Source: Candidatus Limnocylindrales bacterium (GTDB taxonomy: Bacteria; Chloroflexota; Limnocylindria; Limnocylindrales; CSP1-4). From it: a stretch of 32,803 nt of DNA. A model generated the notes under the pieces. That model saw nothing but the letters and a program-made list of their open reading frames with translations. It was not told the DNA's origin and did not search any database. A program made the position numbers and the translations under genes. This document shows positions 1-9,433 of the stretch, piece by piece. The first letter of the stretch is position 1. Each line of letters begins with the position of its first letter. The stretch is taken from the NCBI GenBank assembly GCA_046708025.1, contig JBKKDW010000020.1, positions 1-32,803 on the forward strand, given 5' to 3'.

Positions 1-105
1 GAGCTCGGGGCGCCGGCACCGGAGGCCGGCGCCAGTCTCGCCGACAGCTCGATCGCGCTCGACATCGACTGGTCGACGGGGTTCGACCAGGAGGACGCGG
101 TCTGA
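1..105 (+). CDS. 3' end of an unidentified CDS entering from upstream (partial)
   Basis: Frame 1 is open from the window edge to TGA at 103-105 (..ALDIDWSTGFDQEDAV*). Too short to assign. Confidence 0.3.
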   Translation, partial: ELGAPAPEAGASLADSSIALDIDWSTGFDQEDAV

Positions 106-191
106 GCTGAGGGGCGCCATCGCGCCGCCCTCGCCGGGCGCTCGTTACCAGCGGATCCGATCGAGGTGCTCGGGCGATCGGTCGGCATCGC

Positions 192-1271
192 TCATGGCTC
201 GGCCGTCAGCCGTCCCGGCCCCGATGCGGGTTCGGCAACCTCGGCGAGCGCAGCGAACGTAGTTTCAGCGTCAGCGATCCGCTCGCAGGGAGTCGCGGCG
301 GCGATCTCGCCGGCCTCGTCTGGATCGAGGGGGCCTCGGCAGGCGGCGGTCAGCATTCGGGCGACCGCCCGCCGATAGGCCGCGTCCTCATACAGCCATG
401 AGTGCTGCCCGCCGGCCACGATCAGGGTCTCGAGCTTCGCCGCGCTGGGGTCTCCAGCCCTGGACCTTTGCACGGCATCGGCCAGCCGGACCAGGTGGCT
501 GACCGGCACGACGGCATCCTGGTCGCCGTGGGCGAGCAGCACCGGGCCGGCGTAGCGGGCGATGGCGGCCGAGGCGCTGATGTCCGGGACGCGGTGCTGA
601 CGCGGACGGAGATAGACCCGGGTGGTCAGCCAGGCCAGCGGATACGCGATCGGGTCCGGGATCGGGAGATGGGCAAGCCGGAACGTCTGGCGCGTCAACC
701 GGTAGGGATCGGCCGGCGCCGCGCTGGCCACCAGGGCCGCCACCCGCGGGTCGGCCGCAGCGGCCAGGATGGCCCCGATCGCCCCCATCGAATGGCCGGC
801 GATCGACCCCACGGTGACCTCGGGGCGCGCCAGCAACGCCCGGAACGCTGCCGCAGCGTCGCTCCCGAATTCACCGCCGCTCAGCGGCAGCATCTCGGCT
901 GTGTTGTTGCCGTGACCGCGAACGTCGAAGGTCAGGCAGTGGAACCCTGCAGCGTGCAGGAAGACGGCCATCGGCAGGTTCCGGTCGCGAGCCGATTCCC
1001 AGCCATGGACAAGGACCACGCCGGGACCCGGCCGGCCGCCGCGCGCCGGGATGAACCAGGCCGGCAGATCGAGCCCATCGGATTCGACGACCGTGGTTTC
1101 GAACGGCAAACCCAGGTCCGAGGGTATGACGCGAGGCGGATTCTGGCGCGGGTAGCCCGCCCGAACGCGATACACGAGCGCGAATCGATAGGCGAGTCCC
1201 AGCGGCGCCGCCGCCGCGGCGGCCGCGAGCCCTGCCCAGCGGATGATTCCCATACAGGTAGGGGACGGCAC
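192..1271 (-). CDS. membrane-anchored alpha/beta hydrolase (dienelactone hydrolase / S9-like)
   Basis: 359-aa ORF with an N-terminal hydrophobic segment, VLVHGW oxyanion region, GHSMG nucleophile elbow and C-terminal HGDQD / GGQHS motifs. An alternative ATG lies at 1253. Confidence 0.85.
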   Translation of the reverse strand: MPSPTCMGIIRWAGLAAAAAAAPLGLAYRFALVYRVRAGYPRQNPPRVIPSDLGLPFETTVVESDGLDLPAWFIPARGGRPGPGVVLVHGWESARDRNLPMAVFLHAAGFHCLTFDVRGHGNNTAEMLPLSGGEFGSDAAAAFRALLARPEVTVGSIAGHSMGAIGAILAAAADPRVAALVASAAPADPYRLTRQTFRLAHLPIPDPIAYPLAWLTTRVYLRPRQHRVPDISASAAIARYAGPVLLAHGDQDAVVPVSHLVRLADAVQRSRAGDPSAAKLETLIVAGGQHSWLYEDAAYRRAVARMLTAACRGPLDPDEAGEIAAATPCERIADAETTFAALAEVAEPASGPGRLTAEP

Positions 1272-1356
1272 AGGGACGACACTGTCAAGTGCGGTCCCGG
1301 AGACGGTGCGGGTGCTCAGGACCCGACCGGCTGCACCAGTGTCCTACACTCATTCG

Positions 1357-2085
1357 ATGGTCAAACGAGATGCGCGCGACGTGCTCGGTGTGGAGGCGGG
1401 AGCCTCGCCGGCGCTGATCAAGGCCGCCTGGCGGCGCCTCGCCCGGACCAATCACCCCGACCTGACCGGCGACGACCCGGCCGCATCGCGTGCCGCAACT
1501 CGACGGATGGCCGAGATCAACGATGCCTATGCGGCCCTGACCCGCGGGTCAGGCAGGCGCGGCGACGCTGACCAGGCGGCCGGCGCAGACGGTGCCCCAT
1601 TCGAGGCCGGAGGCCAGCGGCGTCGTGGTGGACCGCCGCCGCCCCGACCGACTCGCCCGGTCACCGGTCGGGTGGATACCAGCGGCACGTATCGGGCGCG
1701 AAACCAGGCGGTCGGCAACAGTGGGCGCCGAACCACGCTGCCGGGACAGCCTCCGCTGCGCAACGACCCGGTCCATCGTGAGCCGCCCCGGGCGTCGACC
1801 CCAACCGGACCGCTCGTTCGCGGTCGACTCCGCCACTTCCGCCGACCGCCGGTTCCGTTGCTCGATGAGGCCGAGGCGGCGATCATCGCATTCGGCAAAT
1901 TCCACGGCCACGCGCTGGGGGAGATCGCGGCCTTCGAGCCGTCATACATCGACTGGCTGGCCGGTACAGTCAGCCATGACCCGGACCTGGTGGCGGCCGC
2001 TCGCGTCATCCAGGCCGACCTCGATCTCCGCGGGGTTGCGCGGCGAACCCATCCGAGCAGTGACCGACGGGGCCGCTCCGCCTGA
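1357..2085 (+). CDS. J-domain (DnaJ-like) protein
   Basis: ATG at 1357 gives MVKRDARDVLGV..AWRRLARTNHPDLTGDD, a J-domain with the HPD motif. A Pro/Arg-rich linker follows. The C-terminal FGKFHGHALGEIAAFEPSYIDWL block resembles DUF3820-type tails. Confidence 0.8.
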   Translation: MVKRDARDVLGVEAGASPALIKAAWRRLARTNHPDLTGDDPAASRAATRRMAEINDAYAALTRGSGRRGDADQAAGADGAPFEAGGQRRRGGPPPPRPTRPVTGRVDTSGTYRARNQAVGNSGRRTTLPGQPPLRNDPVHREPPRASTPTGPLVRGRLRHFRRPPVPLLDEAEAAIIAFGKFHGHALGEIAAFEPSYIDWLAGTVSHDPDLVAAARVIQADLDLRGVARRTHPSSDRRGRSA

Positions 2086-2100
2086 CCGCCCGAACGCGCC

Positions 2101-2126
2101 ATCGCCCTCCGAAAATGGAGGGCGAT
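2101..2126 (+). terminator. stem-loop after the J-domain gene
   Basis: Perfect 10-bp stem ATCGCCCTCC / GGAGGGCGAT with a GAAAAT loop, 16 nt after the stop codon. There is no U-tract, which is common in high-GC genomes. Confidence 0.5.
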
Positions 2127-2493
2127 CCTGACGCGGATGAAGTTCGAGCGATGAGCGCTGCCGCCCCGACAATCCACCGGGCCTGTTGGCCGATGTCCAG
2201 TTACTCGGCTCGTGAACCAGCTTCGTGATCGGTCGTCCCGAACGTGCCTCGGGAACGAGCGTCCGTCTCCAGTTCCGTGACCGACACCCCAGGTGGCCCC
2301 AGTACGATCGCGGGTCGGCGTGATCGGAACAGTACGCCTCGCTCGTGGCCGAAGGCAATGGCACCCTCGTCCGGTGTCGGGCGGGCGATGGTCGGGCGCA
2401 CCGGCGCACCGAACCGGGACGCCCGTACCAGGTGCCTGAACGCACCATGCGAGCCTGGGCGCGGGCTCAACCCGCTCCGGATACGCTCAGTAC

Positions 2494-3075
2494 GTGTCCA
2501 GACTCATCCGTGCCTGCGCGCACCTGCTGGCCGTGACCCTTGTCCTGGCTGCGTGCACCGCAGAGCCGGGCGCGTCGTTCGATCCGACCGGCGCCTGCGC
2601 CCAGGATGGGACCGCCCCGGGCGCCTATCCGGAACTTGAAGCGCGCGTCCCCCCCACCTATCGGGACGTCCCGCCCGAGACGCTCGACTCCGGGCGGAAC
2701 TGCTCGGGGCCAAGCCTCGGGTCGCTGGCCGGCCTCGGCTTCACGGAAGTCCGCTTCGCCGGCGGCACGTGGCGCTTCGGCGCCGAACGGGCGGCGGTCC
2801 TGGCCGTGTTCAGTGCGCCGGGTCTCGATGTCGATGCGCTCGCCGACTTCTACGCGGAGAGCGCCCGTACGGCGCGCCGAACCGAGGTTCTCGCTGAAAG
2901 CCGGCCCACGATCGCCGGACGAGGCGGGCGCCGCCTTGACACCCGGACCGTCGATCGACTCCAGACGGTCGTCGTGTGGCCGGCCTCGGCACCCGACCTC
3001 GTCAACGTCATCATCACCAATGACCTGCCCGACCCGCGCATCAAGGAAGCGATCGAAGCCTTCGGCAACCGCTGA
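2494..3075 (+). CDS. putative lipoprotein, unknown function
   Basis: 193-aa ORF with a GTG start. Signal peptide with lipobox LVLAAC|T (MSRLIRACAHLLAVTLVLAACTAEPG). Confidence 0.7.
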   Translation: MSRLIRACAHLLAVTLVLAACTAEPGASFDPTGACAQDGTAPGAYPELEARVPPTYRDVPPETLDSGRNCSGPSLGSLAGLGFTEVRFAGGTWRFGAERAAVLAVFSAPGLDVDALADFYAESARTARRTEVLAESRPTIAGRGGRRLDTRTVDRLQTVVVWPASAPDLVNVIITNDLPDPRIKEAIEAFGNR

Positions 3076-3165
3076 GCGAGCGCACCCCAAGGTGCGTGAG
3101 CGAGCGCGCGGAGGCGACCACGTGGGGATGAGCCGTCAGCGCCGACGACTGCTAGAGTCGGCGAC

Positions 3166-4860
3166 ATGACTGACCGATCGGGCGAGTGGGCCGCTCGTCG
3201 CCGCGCCTGGGAGGCGGAGCGGCTCGATCCCGCTCTGGCCAGGGCGCCCGAACGGCGCGACCGCTTCTCGACCATCGGCGACACGACCATCGAGCGGCTC
3301 TACGGCCCGTGGTCGTCGCCGGAACGGGTCGCTCACCCGCTGCGCGACATCGGCTTGCCCGGCGAACCGCCGTTCACCCGGGGCATCCACCCGACCGGCT
3401 ATCGAAGCCGGCTCTGGACGATGCGCATGTTCGCCGGGTTCGGGGCGGCCGAGGATACGAACGCCCGCTTTCGACAGCTGCTGGCCGCCGGCCAGACCGG
3501 ACTGTCGATCGCCTATGACATGCCGACCCTCTACGGCTACGACACGGATGACCCCGAGGCCGAAGGCGAGTTCGGGACGTGCGGTGTGGCCGTGTCGAGC
3601 CTCGCCGACATGGAAGCACTGCTCGCCGACCTGCCCCTGGAGAGGATCTCCACGTCGATGACGATCAATTCGCCGGCCGCCCCGATCTGGGCGATGTACA
3701 TCGTCGCGGCCGAGAGGGCTGGCGTCCCGCGCTCGCACCTGGAGGGCACGACCCAGAACGACATCCTCAAGGAGTTCGTGGCCCAGAAGGAATACCTCTT
3801 CCCGCCGATGCCGTCGATGCGCCTGGTGACCGATACGATCGAGTTCGGGACGCGCGAGTTGCCCAAGTGGAACACCGTGTCGATCAGCGGCTACCACATC
3901 CGCGAAGCGGGCTCGACAGCGATCCAGGAGCTGGCCTTCACGATCGCCGACGGGATGGCCTACGTCGAGGCCGCGCTTGCGCGAGGCCTGGCCATCGACG
4001 ACTTCGCCCCGCGCCTCTCGTTCTTCTTCAACAGCCACAGCGACTTCTTCGAGGAGATCGCCAAGTTCCGCGCCTCGCGCCGGATCTGGCACCGGCTGAT
4101 GACCGAGCGCTACGGGGCCGAAAACGAGCGCTCGGCCTGGATGCGCTTCCACACCCAGACAGCCGGCGTTTCGCTGACTCCCCAGCAGCCGCTCAACAAC
4201 CTGACCCGGGTTGCCCTCCAGGCCCTCGCCGCGGTGCTCGGCGGCACCCAGTCGCTCCACACCGACGCCTATGACGAGGCGCTCGCGGTGCCCACCGCAG
4301 AGGCGGCCCTGCTCGCGCTGCGCCAGCAGCAGATCATTGCCGAGGAGTCCGGGGTGGACGCCACCGTCGACCCGTTGGGCGGCTCCTGGTTCGTCGAGGC
4401 GCTGACCGATGAGACCGAAGTCGCCGTGCTTCGCTACCTCGACGAGATCGATCGGCGCGGCGGCATGGTCGCCGCGATCACCGAGGGCTACCCGCAGCGC
4501 GAGATTGCCGACGCGGCCTATCGTTACCAGCTCGAGTTCGATGCCGGCGATCGGCGAGTGGTTGGGATCAATGCCTACGTCGACGAGGCGGAGCGCACGT
4601 CCGTTCCGGTGCTGGCCGTCCCGCCCGGGTCGCTCGAACGCCACCTGGAGCGGCTCGAGCGAACGCGTCGCGAGCGGGACGCGGGAGCGGTCGATGCGGC
4701 GCTGCGAGGTCTTCGCGAAACCGCTATGCGGCCCGAATCGAGCGAGACCAACCTGATGCCCCACTTCATCCGGTGCGCCGACGCGTACGCGACGCTCGGC
4801 GAGCAATGTGCCGTGCTGCGGGCGGTGTTCGGGGAGTACCGCGAGCCCGTCGCGGTCTGA
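3166..4860 (+). CDS. icmA: B12-dependent acyl-CoA mutase, large (substrate-binding) subunit; isobutyryl-CoA-mutase-like signature
   Basis: 564 aa with strong methylmalonyl-CoA mutase family blocks ([67 protein letters not shown]). It lacks a B12-binding domain, so the enzyme is split. Phe89 and Gln207 sit where MCM has Tyr89 and Arg207. The icmA symbol is an inference. Confidence 0.9.
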   Translation: MTDRSGEWAARRRAWEAERLDPALARAPERRDRFSTIGDTTIERLYGPWSSPERVAHPLRDIGLPGEPPFTRGIHPTGYRSRLWTMRMFAGFGAAEDTNARFRQLLAAGQTGLSIAYDMPTLYGYDTDDPEAEGEFGTCGVAVSSLADMEALLADLPLERISTSMTINSPAAPIWAMYIVAAERAGVPRSHLEGTTQNDILKEFVAQKEYLFPPMPSMRLVTDTIEFGTRELPKWNTVSISGYHIREAGSTAIQELAFTIADGMAYVEAALARGLAIDDFAPRLSFFFNSHSDFFEEIAKFRASRRIWHRLMTERYGAENERSAWMRFHTQTAGVSLTPQQPLNNLTRVALQALAAVLGGTQSLHTDAYDEALAVPTAEAALLALRQQQIIAEESGVDATVDPLGGSWFVEALTDETEVAVLRYLDEIDRRGGMVAAITEGYPQREIADAAYRYQLEFDAGDRRVVGINAYVDEAERTSVPVLAVPPGSLERHLERLERTRRERDAGAVDAALRGLRETAMRPESSETNLMPHFIRCADAYATLGEQCAVLRAVFGEYREPVAV

Positions 4861-4864
4861 CACG

Positions 4865-5347
4865 ATGTATCTCGATTCGCTCGAGTTCCTGGAGGAGGAG
4901 CGCGATGCGTGGGCGCCGTTCGAGGCGCTCGCCGCGCTGACCGACGAACAGCTTGCCGTCCCGCTTGTCCAGGCGCATGGCTGGTCGGGCCGGGGTCTGA
5001 TGGGCCACCTGCTCGCATGGCAACAGATCGCCTTGTCCGTGGCGACCGAGCTGGCCGTCAACGACACGAGCCCGATGCGGGCACAGATCAGGGCCGATTG
5101 GAACGCCCGCGGTGGCGAAGTCGTCAATGCCGAGATCGAGGCCACCTGGGGCGCACTCCCGATGACCGAGCTTCGAGATCGCTTTGAGGCACTGCCCGGC
5201 CAGCTGCGCGGCTACCTGACCGTCGTGCCCGAAAGCCGCTGGCTCAAGCATGCCGACCACCAGCGGTTCTTCTCCGAGAACACGACCGAGCACTACGAGG
5301 AGCATCGGGCGGACCTCGAGGCGGTACTCGAGGCGGCTCGCGGGTGA
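4865..5347 (+). CDS. DinB-like / mycothiol-dependent-enzyme-like helical bundle protein
   Basis: ATG at 4865, 5 nt after the mutase stop. 160 aa with MGHLLAW..TTEHYEEHRADL, a DinB-type His pattern. Confidence 0.6.
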   Translation: MYLDSLEFLEEERDAWAPFEALAALTDEQLAVPLVQAHGWSGRGLMGHLLAWQQIALSVATELAVNDTSPMRAQIRADWNARGGEVVNAEIEATWGALPMTELRDRFEALPGQLRGYLTVVPESRWLKHADHQRFFSENTTEHYEEHRADLEAVLEAARG

Positions 5348-5652
5348 GCCTGCGCGAGCTTCTCGGCGAGGCAGCCGCTGGCCTCCCGGACGTGGATGCC
5401 GCCGACGGGTCCGGTGGCGAGGTGTGGTCGCGCGCGGGCCAACCGTTTGCCGTGCTCGGCGCCGACGGGACCGCCGCCGAGTTCCGCCTGGATCCGGCTG
5501 TCGCGGCCGCCGCGGCGCGCACGCCGGACGTGCTGCCGTCAGACCGGGGCCTCGGCTGGGTGCTCTTCCGGCCCGCCGTCCTCGACGATCACGGAGCCGA
5601 TCGAGCAAGGGCCTGGTTCGCCTCCGCCTACCGGCGCCACACCGGCGGCTGA
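5344..5652 (+). CDS. hypothetical protein
   Basis: 102-aa ORF. Its GTG start overlaps the upstream stop (GTGA), which suggests translational coupling. No recognisable motif. Confidence 0.45.
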   Translation: MSLRELLGEAAAGLPDVDAADGSGGEVWSRAGQPFAVLGADGTAAEFRLDPAVAAAAARTPDVLPSDRGLGWVLFRPAVLDDHGADRARAWFASAYRRHTGG

Positions 5653-5657
5653 GCGGG

Positions 5658-6002
5658 TCAGTCCGCCTTGACCGCCGCGTATTCGGCCAGGCCGAACGTC
5701 TGCTCGAGCTGCTCCAGCGGTCGGAACCCGACCACGCCCTGTGGCTGCTGGCCCGGCCGGAAGAAGGCGATGACCGGGATGCTCAGGATGTTGAACGACT
5801 GCGACAGTCCCGGGTTGGCGTCGACATCCACCTTGACCACGTCAACGACGCCGTCGTACTTCTCGGCCAGCTTCTCCATCTCGGGGGCGACCATCTTGCA
5901 CGGGCCGCACCAGGCTGCCCAGAAGTCGACCACGACCGGGCGCTCCGACTTGAGGACGAGCTCCTCGAAATTCGCGTCGGTCGCGACCCTGATCTCCGCC
6001 AT
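5658..6002 (-). CDS. trxA: thioredoxin
   Basis: 114 aa with the WAAWCGPCK active site and typical thioredoxin length and fold pattern. Confidence 0.95.
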   Translation of the reverse strand: MAEIRVATDANFEELVLKSERPVVVDFWAAWCGPCKMVAPEMEKLAEKYDGVVDVVKVDVDANPGLSQSFNILSIPVIAFFRPGQQPQGVVGFRPLEQLEQTFGLAEYAAVKAD

Positions 6003-6030
6003 GGGGAATCTGTCCCTTTCCTTCCGCGCC

Positions 6031-6342
6031 CTAGCGGGCGATATCCTGGATCAATCGGTACGCCTCGAGGACCCGTGAGTCGGCGAGGCGATAGAAGATG
6101 GTGCTGCCCTCGCGTCGGCTCGTCACCAGGCCGGCGCTGCGCAGCACCGCGAGATGCTGGCTCATGTTGGGCACGTGGCAGCCGACCAGCGAACTGAGAT
6201 CGCCCACCGATAGCTCGCCGGATGCGAGTGACTCGAGGACGCACAGGCGCTTCGGATCGGCCAGCGCCCGGCCGACCGCGGCATAGCGCTGTCGCTCGGC
6301 TTCGGGCGAAACCGTCCGACGCGTCGTGAACTGTTCCAACAT
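6031..6342 (-). CDS. ArsR/SmtB-family transcriptional regulator
   Basis: ALADPKRLCVLESLASGELSVGDLSSLVGCHVPNMSQHLAVLRSAGLV is a winged-HTH block. The ATG at 6342 is preferred; the longest ORF starts at TTG 6378. It lies 28 nt upstream of trxA on the same strand. Confidence 0.85.
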   Translation of the reverse strand: MLEQFTTRRTVSPEAERQRYAAVGRALADPKRLCVLESLASGELSVGDLSSLVGCHVPNMSQHLAVLRSAGLVTSRREGSTIFYRLADSRVLEAYRLIQDIAR

Positions 6343-6362
6343 CCGGGCGACGATAGCACTTG

Positions 6363-6378
6363 TTGCGCAAGTACGCAA
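6363..6378. promoter_or_regulatory. inverted repeat TTGCG-N6-CGCAA, candidate ArsR operator
   Basis: TTGCGCAAGTACGCAA lies 21 nt upstream of the preferred ArsR start, in the divergent intergenic region shared with the dehydratase gene. Confidence 0.35.
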
Positions 6379-6436
6379 TTACGTGCCCACCCGACGACGC
6401 ATTTGTGGGCCACAACCCCGTGCGATACTCGCCGCC

Positions 6437-7471
6437 ATGCCCGAAACCCTCGACCACATTGTGCCCCTGGCCGACATGGTCGCGGCGCGCGAGCGCATCG
6501 CGGGCCGCGTTCATCGGACGCCGCTGCTGAGCTCGACGACGGCCGCCGGCTGGATCACCGCCGCCATGGGCGCGAGGCTGGGCGAAGATCGGCTCTATCT
6601 CAAGGCGGAGCACCTCCAGAAGACCGGCTCGTTCAAGCCACGCGGTGCGACCAACCGGATCGCGACCCTCAGCGACAACGAGCGCTCGCGAGGCGTCATC
6701 ACGTCCTCAGCCGGCAACGCGGGCCAGGCCTACGCATGGGCCGGGCGCACGGCGGGGGTGGCGGTCACCGTAGTCATGCCCGTCGGGGCGGTCCACACCA
6801 AGGTACAGGCCTGCGTCGGTTACGGCGCTCGCGTTGTTCTCCATGGCGCGCACGTTGGAGAGGCCTTCGCCGAGATGGAACGGATCCGCGACGAGGATCG
6901 CCTGCGCTTCGTCCACCCGTTCGACGACCCGTCGGTTATCGCCGGGCACGGATCGATCGGGTTCGAGCTGCTCGAGGACGTGCCGGACCTCGACGTGGTC
7001 GTGGTCGGCGTCGGGGGTGGCGGGCTGATCGCCGGCGTCGCGGGTGCGCTGAAGGAGCAGCGCCCGGGGATCCGCGTCTACGGTGTCGAGCCGGTGCGCT
7101 CCAACGCCCTGAGCCTCGCCCTCGAGCGCAACGAGATCGTGCGGATCCAGCCGGAAAGCGTCGCCGATGGGCTCGGCGCGCCGTTCGCCGGTGCCTGGAC
7201 GCTGGCCATGGCCCAGCATTACCTGGACGCCGTCATCCTGCTCGACGATCCGACAATCCTGGCCGGCATGCGCTTCGCGGTCGATCGCCTCAAGCAGGTG
7301 CTCGAGCCGGCCGGGGCGGCTGCGCTGGCCGCGCTGCTGGCCGGACGGGTGCCGATCAACAACGGTGAGCGCGTCGCCGTCGTGCTTTCCGGCGGAAATA
7401 TCGAGTCGGATCGCCTCGGCGAACTTCTGTCGGTGGCGGCAACCCTGCCCGGCGCCACCAACGCGGCGTAG
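6437..7471 (+). CDS. PLP-dependent threonine/serine dehydratase (fold type II)
   Basis: ATG at 6437. HLQKTGSFKPRGATN carries the PLP lysine, with SAGNAGQA and a GVGGGGL glycine loop. About 344 aa with no ACT regulatory domain. Confidence 0.85.
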   Translation: MPETLDHIVPLADMVAARERIAGRVHRTPLLSSTTAAGWITAAMGARLGEDRLYLKAEHLQKTGSFKPRGATNRIATLSDNERSRGVITSSAGNAGQAYAWAGRTAGVAVTVVMPVGAVHTKVQACVGYGARVVLHGAHVGEAFAEMERIRDEDRLRFVHPFDDPSVIAGHGSIGFELLEDVPDLDVVVVGVGGGGLIAGVAGALKEQRPGIRVYGVEPVRSNALSLALERNEIVRIQPESVADGLGAPFAGAWTLAMAQHYLDAVILLDDPTILAGMRFAVDRLKQVLEPAGAAALAALLAGRVPINNGERVAVVLSGGNIESDRLGELLSVAATLPGATNAA

Positions 7472-7888
7472 TCAGTCGATCCCGAGCTCCTCGAGGCGCG
7501 CATCGTCGATGCCCAGGTGATGGGCGAGCTCGTGAACCACGGTCGCCCAGACCTCGTCGGCGAGTTCGTCCGGATCTGCGAAGTCCGCCTCGAGCGGCAG
7601 CCGGAAGAGCGTGATCCGGTTCGGCATCGCCGCCCAGTCGGCGCCCCACTCCGTGCGCGGGACGCCCTCGTACAGGCCGTACAGTGTGTCGTCGTCCTCG
7701 ATCTGGTTCTCGCGCCGCTGATCGGCCGTCGGCTCGTCGTCGATGACGATGGCAACCTCGTCGAGTGCGCTCGAGAACGGTTCGGGAATCGAGGCGAGGG
7801 CGAGCTCGACCAGGGCCTCGAACGGGCGGTGGCGGCTGAGTCGACGGTGGGCGCCGGCGCTGCGGGCGCCGCGGCGGCGCTTGACCAT
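7472..7888 (-). CDS. zincin-like metallopeptidase family protein
   Basis: 138 aa with VVHELAHHLGIDD (HExxH) near the C-terminus and an acidic middle. This matches the small 'metallopeptidase family protein' class (DUF1025-like). Confidence 0.7.
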   Translation of the reverse strand: MVKRRRGARSAGAHRRLSRHRPFEALVELALASIPEPFSSALDEVAIVIDDEPTADQRRENQIEDDDTLYGLYEGVPRTEWGADWAAMPNRITLFRLPLEADFADPDELADEVWATVVHELAHHLGIDDARLEELGID

Positions 7889-7909
7889 GAGGACCGTATC
7901 CTACGGGTG

Positions 7910-8842
7910 ATGACGAGCGTGCCGAGGCCCGACGCCGACGCCGATGCCGACGGCGAGCCGGCCGGCTTCGTGGTCGAGGTCTCGCCGGGCGACCGAGTCC
8001 ACTTCCTGGATTGGGGGGCCCGGACACCGTCAACTGCCCGGCCCGCCATCCTGCTGATCCACGGCCTGTCGAATACAGCCTGGTCGTGGGCACCCGTGGC
8101 CCGCCGGCTGCGAACCGCTCGACGCGTCGTGGCCATGGATCTGCGCGGCCACGGCCTGTCCGATGCGCCGACCGAGGGCTACGACGCGGATACCCTGGCC
8201 ACGGACGTGATCGCCGTCGCCGAGGGCGCAGGTCTGCTGTCGAGCCCCGTCGATCGGCTGATCCTGGCCGGGCATGGCTTCGGGGCGGTCGTCGCCGCCT
8301 GGGCGGCCGTCGAGCTAGGCGAGCGCTGTGCCGGGCTGGTCCTGGTCGACGGCGGTTGGCAGGCGCTAGAGGCTGCGAGCGGGATGGAGGTCGACGAATT
8401 CCTGCGCGGCATGGACGAGCCGCCGGAGGTGATGCGCTCGATGACCGCCTTCCTGGCCGATCGAGCCGGCTTCGATCCGGCCAGCTGGGATGCCGACCAG
8501 GAGCGGGCGGCCCGGGCGACAGTCGTCGCAACCCACGCCGGCAAGGTCGTTCCGACAACCCGGCCGCACGCACTCGAGGCGAGCGTCCGGGCGATGTTCA
8601 GCTACAGGCCGTTGCTGACCCTGCCCACGGTCACCGCTCCGATTCTTGCGCTAGCCGCCGCCGATGACGAGGAAGGCTCCCGAGCTCGAGACCTGGCCAA
8701 TGCATCCGCCGCCCGGTTCGCGGCCGGGCGCGGCGCCATCCAGAGCACGTCGTTCCCGCACGCCGGTCACAACTTGATGCGCTACCGTCCGGAGGCGGTG
8801 AGCGCGGCCATCCTCGCGGTCGCCAGCGGGATTGGGTCGTAG
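7910..8842 (+). CDS. alpha/beta-hydrolase-fold protein lacking the canonical nucleophile
   Basis: ATG at 7910. LLIHGLSNTAWSW (HG oxyanion), DLRGHGLSD and C-terminal FPHAGHN are present. The elbow reads GHGFG, with a GGC codon at 8276-8278 where Ser/Asp/Cys is expected. Confidence 0.75.
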   Translation: MTSVPRPDADADADGEPAGFVVEVSPGDRVHFLDWGARTPSTARPAILLIHGLSNTAWSWAPVARRLRTARRVVAMDLRGHGLSDAPTEGYDADTLATDVIAVAEGAGLLSSPVDRLILAGHGFGAVVAAWAAVELGERCAGLVLVDGGWQALEAASGMEVDEFLRGMDEPPEVMRSMTAFLADRAGFDPASWDADQERAARATVVATHAGKVVPTTRPHALEASVRAMFSYRPLLTLPTVTAPILALAAADDEEGSRARDLANASAARFAAGRGAIQSTSFPHAGHNLMRYRPEAVSAAILAVASGIGS

Positions 8843-8878
8843 TCGCCGCACGAGGCGTTTTGAAGGCAGGTCGTCTAT

Positions 8879-9379
8879 TCAGGCGCGGTAGGGCGCGACG
8901 TCCTCGATAGCGCCGACGAACTCGGGCAGGTCGAGATGGCCGAGCATCTGGCGAACCGCCGACGCCTCGCCGGTGTGGCTCCAGTAGTGGTAGACCATGC
9001 GCAGGAGCAGGGTGCCCTGGGTCCGGGTGGCGTGACCCTCGTCGCGCTGAAGGTGGCTGTCGAAGTCGCGTGGCCCGAGCGAGTCCAGGTATGGGTCCGC
9101 GACGGCGACCACATCCGCCCATATTCGGCGCATGTCGGCCATGGCCGGGGAGGTCGCCGGGGCGCCGCTCGCCACGAGGTCCAGCTCCGGCGGACCGTCG
9201 ATGCCCTGGCCGCGACGGAGCCAGTACAACCGTTCCTGCCAGCCTAGATGCCCGACCATCCAGGCGATCGAGTTGATCGGCAGCATCCTGCGCTCTGCAT
9301 CCTGGTCGGGAATCCCCTCGAGGCCACGCCAGAACTCGGAGCGAGCGAACCGGAGCTGGTCGACGAGCGGGTGGGCCAT
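8879..9379 (-). CDS. DinB-family protein
   Basis: Only the last 166 codons of the 424-aa ORF look coding ([35 protein letters not shown]). The upstream part is antisense to folE. Confidence 0.7.
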   Translation of the reverse strand: MAHPLVDQLRFARSEFWRGLEGIPDQDAERRMLPINSIAWMVGHLGWQERLYWLRRGQGIDGPPELDLVASGAPATSPAMADMRRIWADVVAVADPYLDSLGPRDFDSHLQRDEGHATRTQGTLLLRMVYHYWSHTGEASAVRQMLGHLDLPEFVGAIEDVAPYRA

Positions 9380-9433
9380 TGGCGCCAGTCTATCGGTGGG
9401 CGGCCACGAACGCGAGGCCGTACCATCGGGGGC

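Noticed and set aside
2130-2493. ~360-nt gap with ORFs 2201-2470 (-) and 2244-2639 (+), as possible small genes.
   Set aside because: No ribosome-binding site or family motif is present, the composition is typical of non-coding or shadow frames, and the two ORFs overlap each other. It is left unannotated.
3136-5145. Very long antisense or overlapping ORFs: 3136-5145 (-) 669 aa, 15630-17444 (-) 604 aa, 18565-20085 (-) 506 aa, 7356-8573 (-), 402-1571 (+), 12361-13653 (-) and many shorter ones.
   Set aside because: They lie opposite or out of frame to genes with clear family motifs. Their translations are Arg/Gly/Pro/Ala-rich, as expected for stop-poor shadow frames in high-GC DNA.
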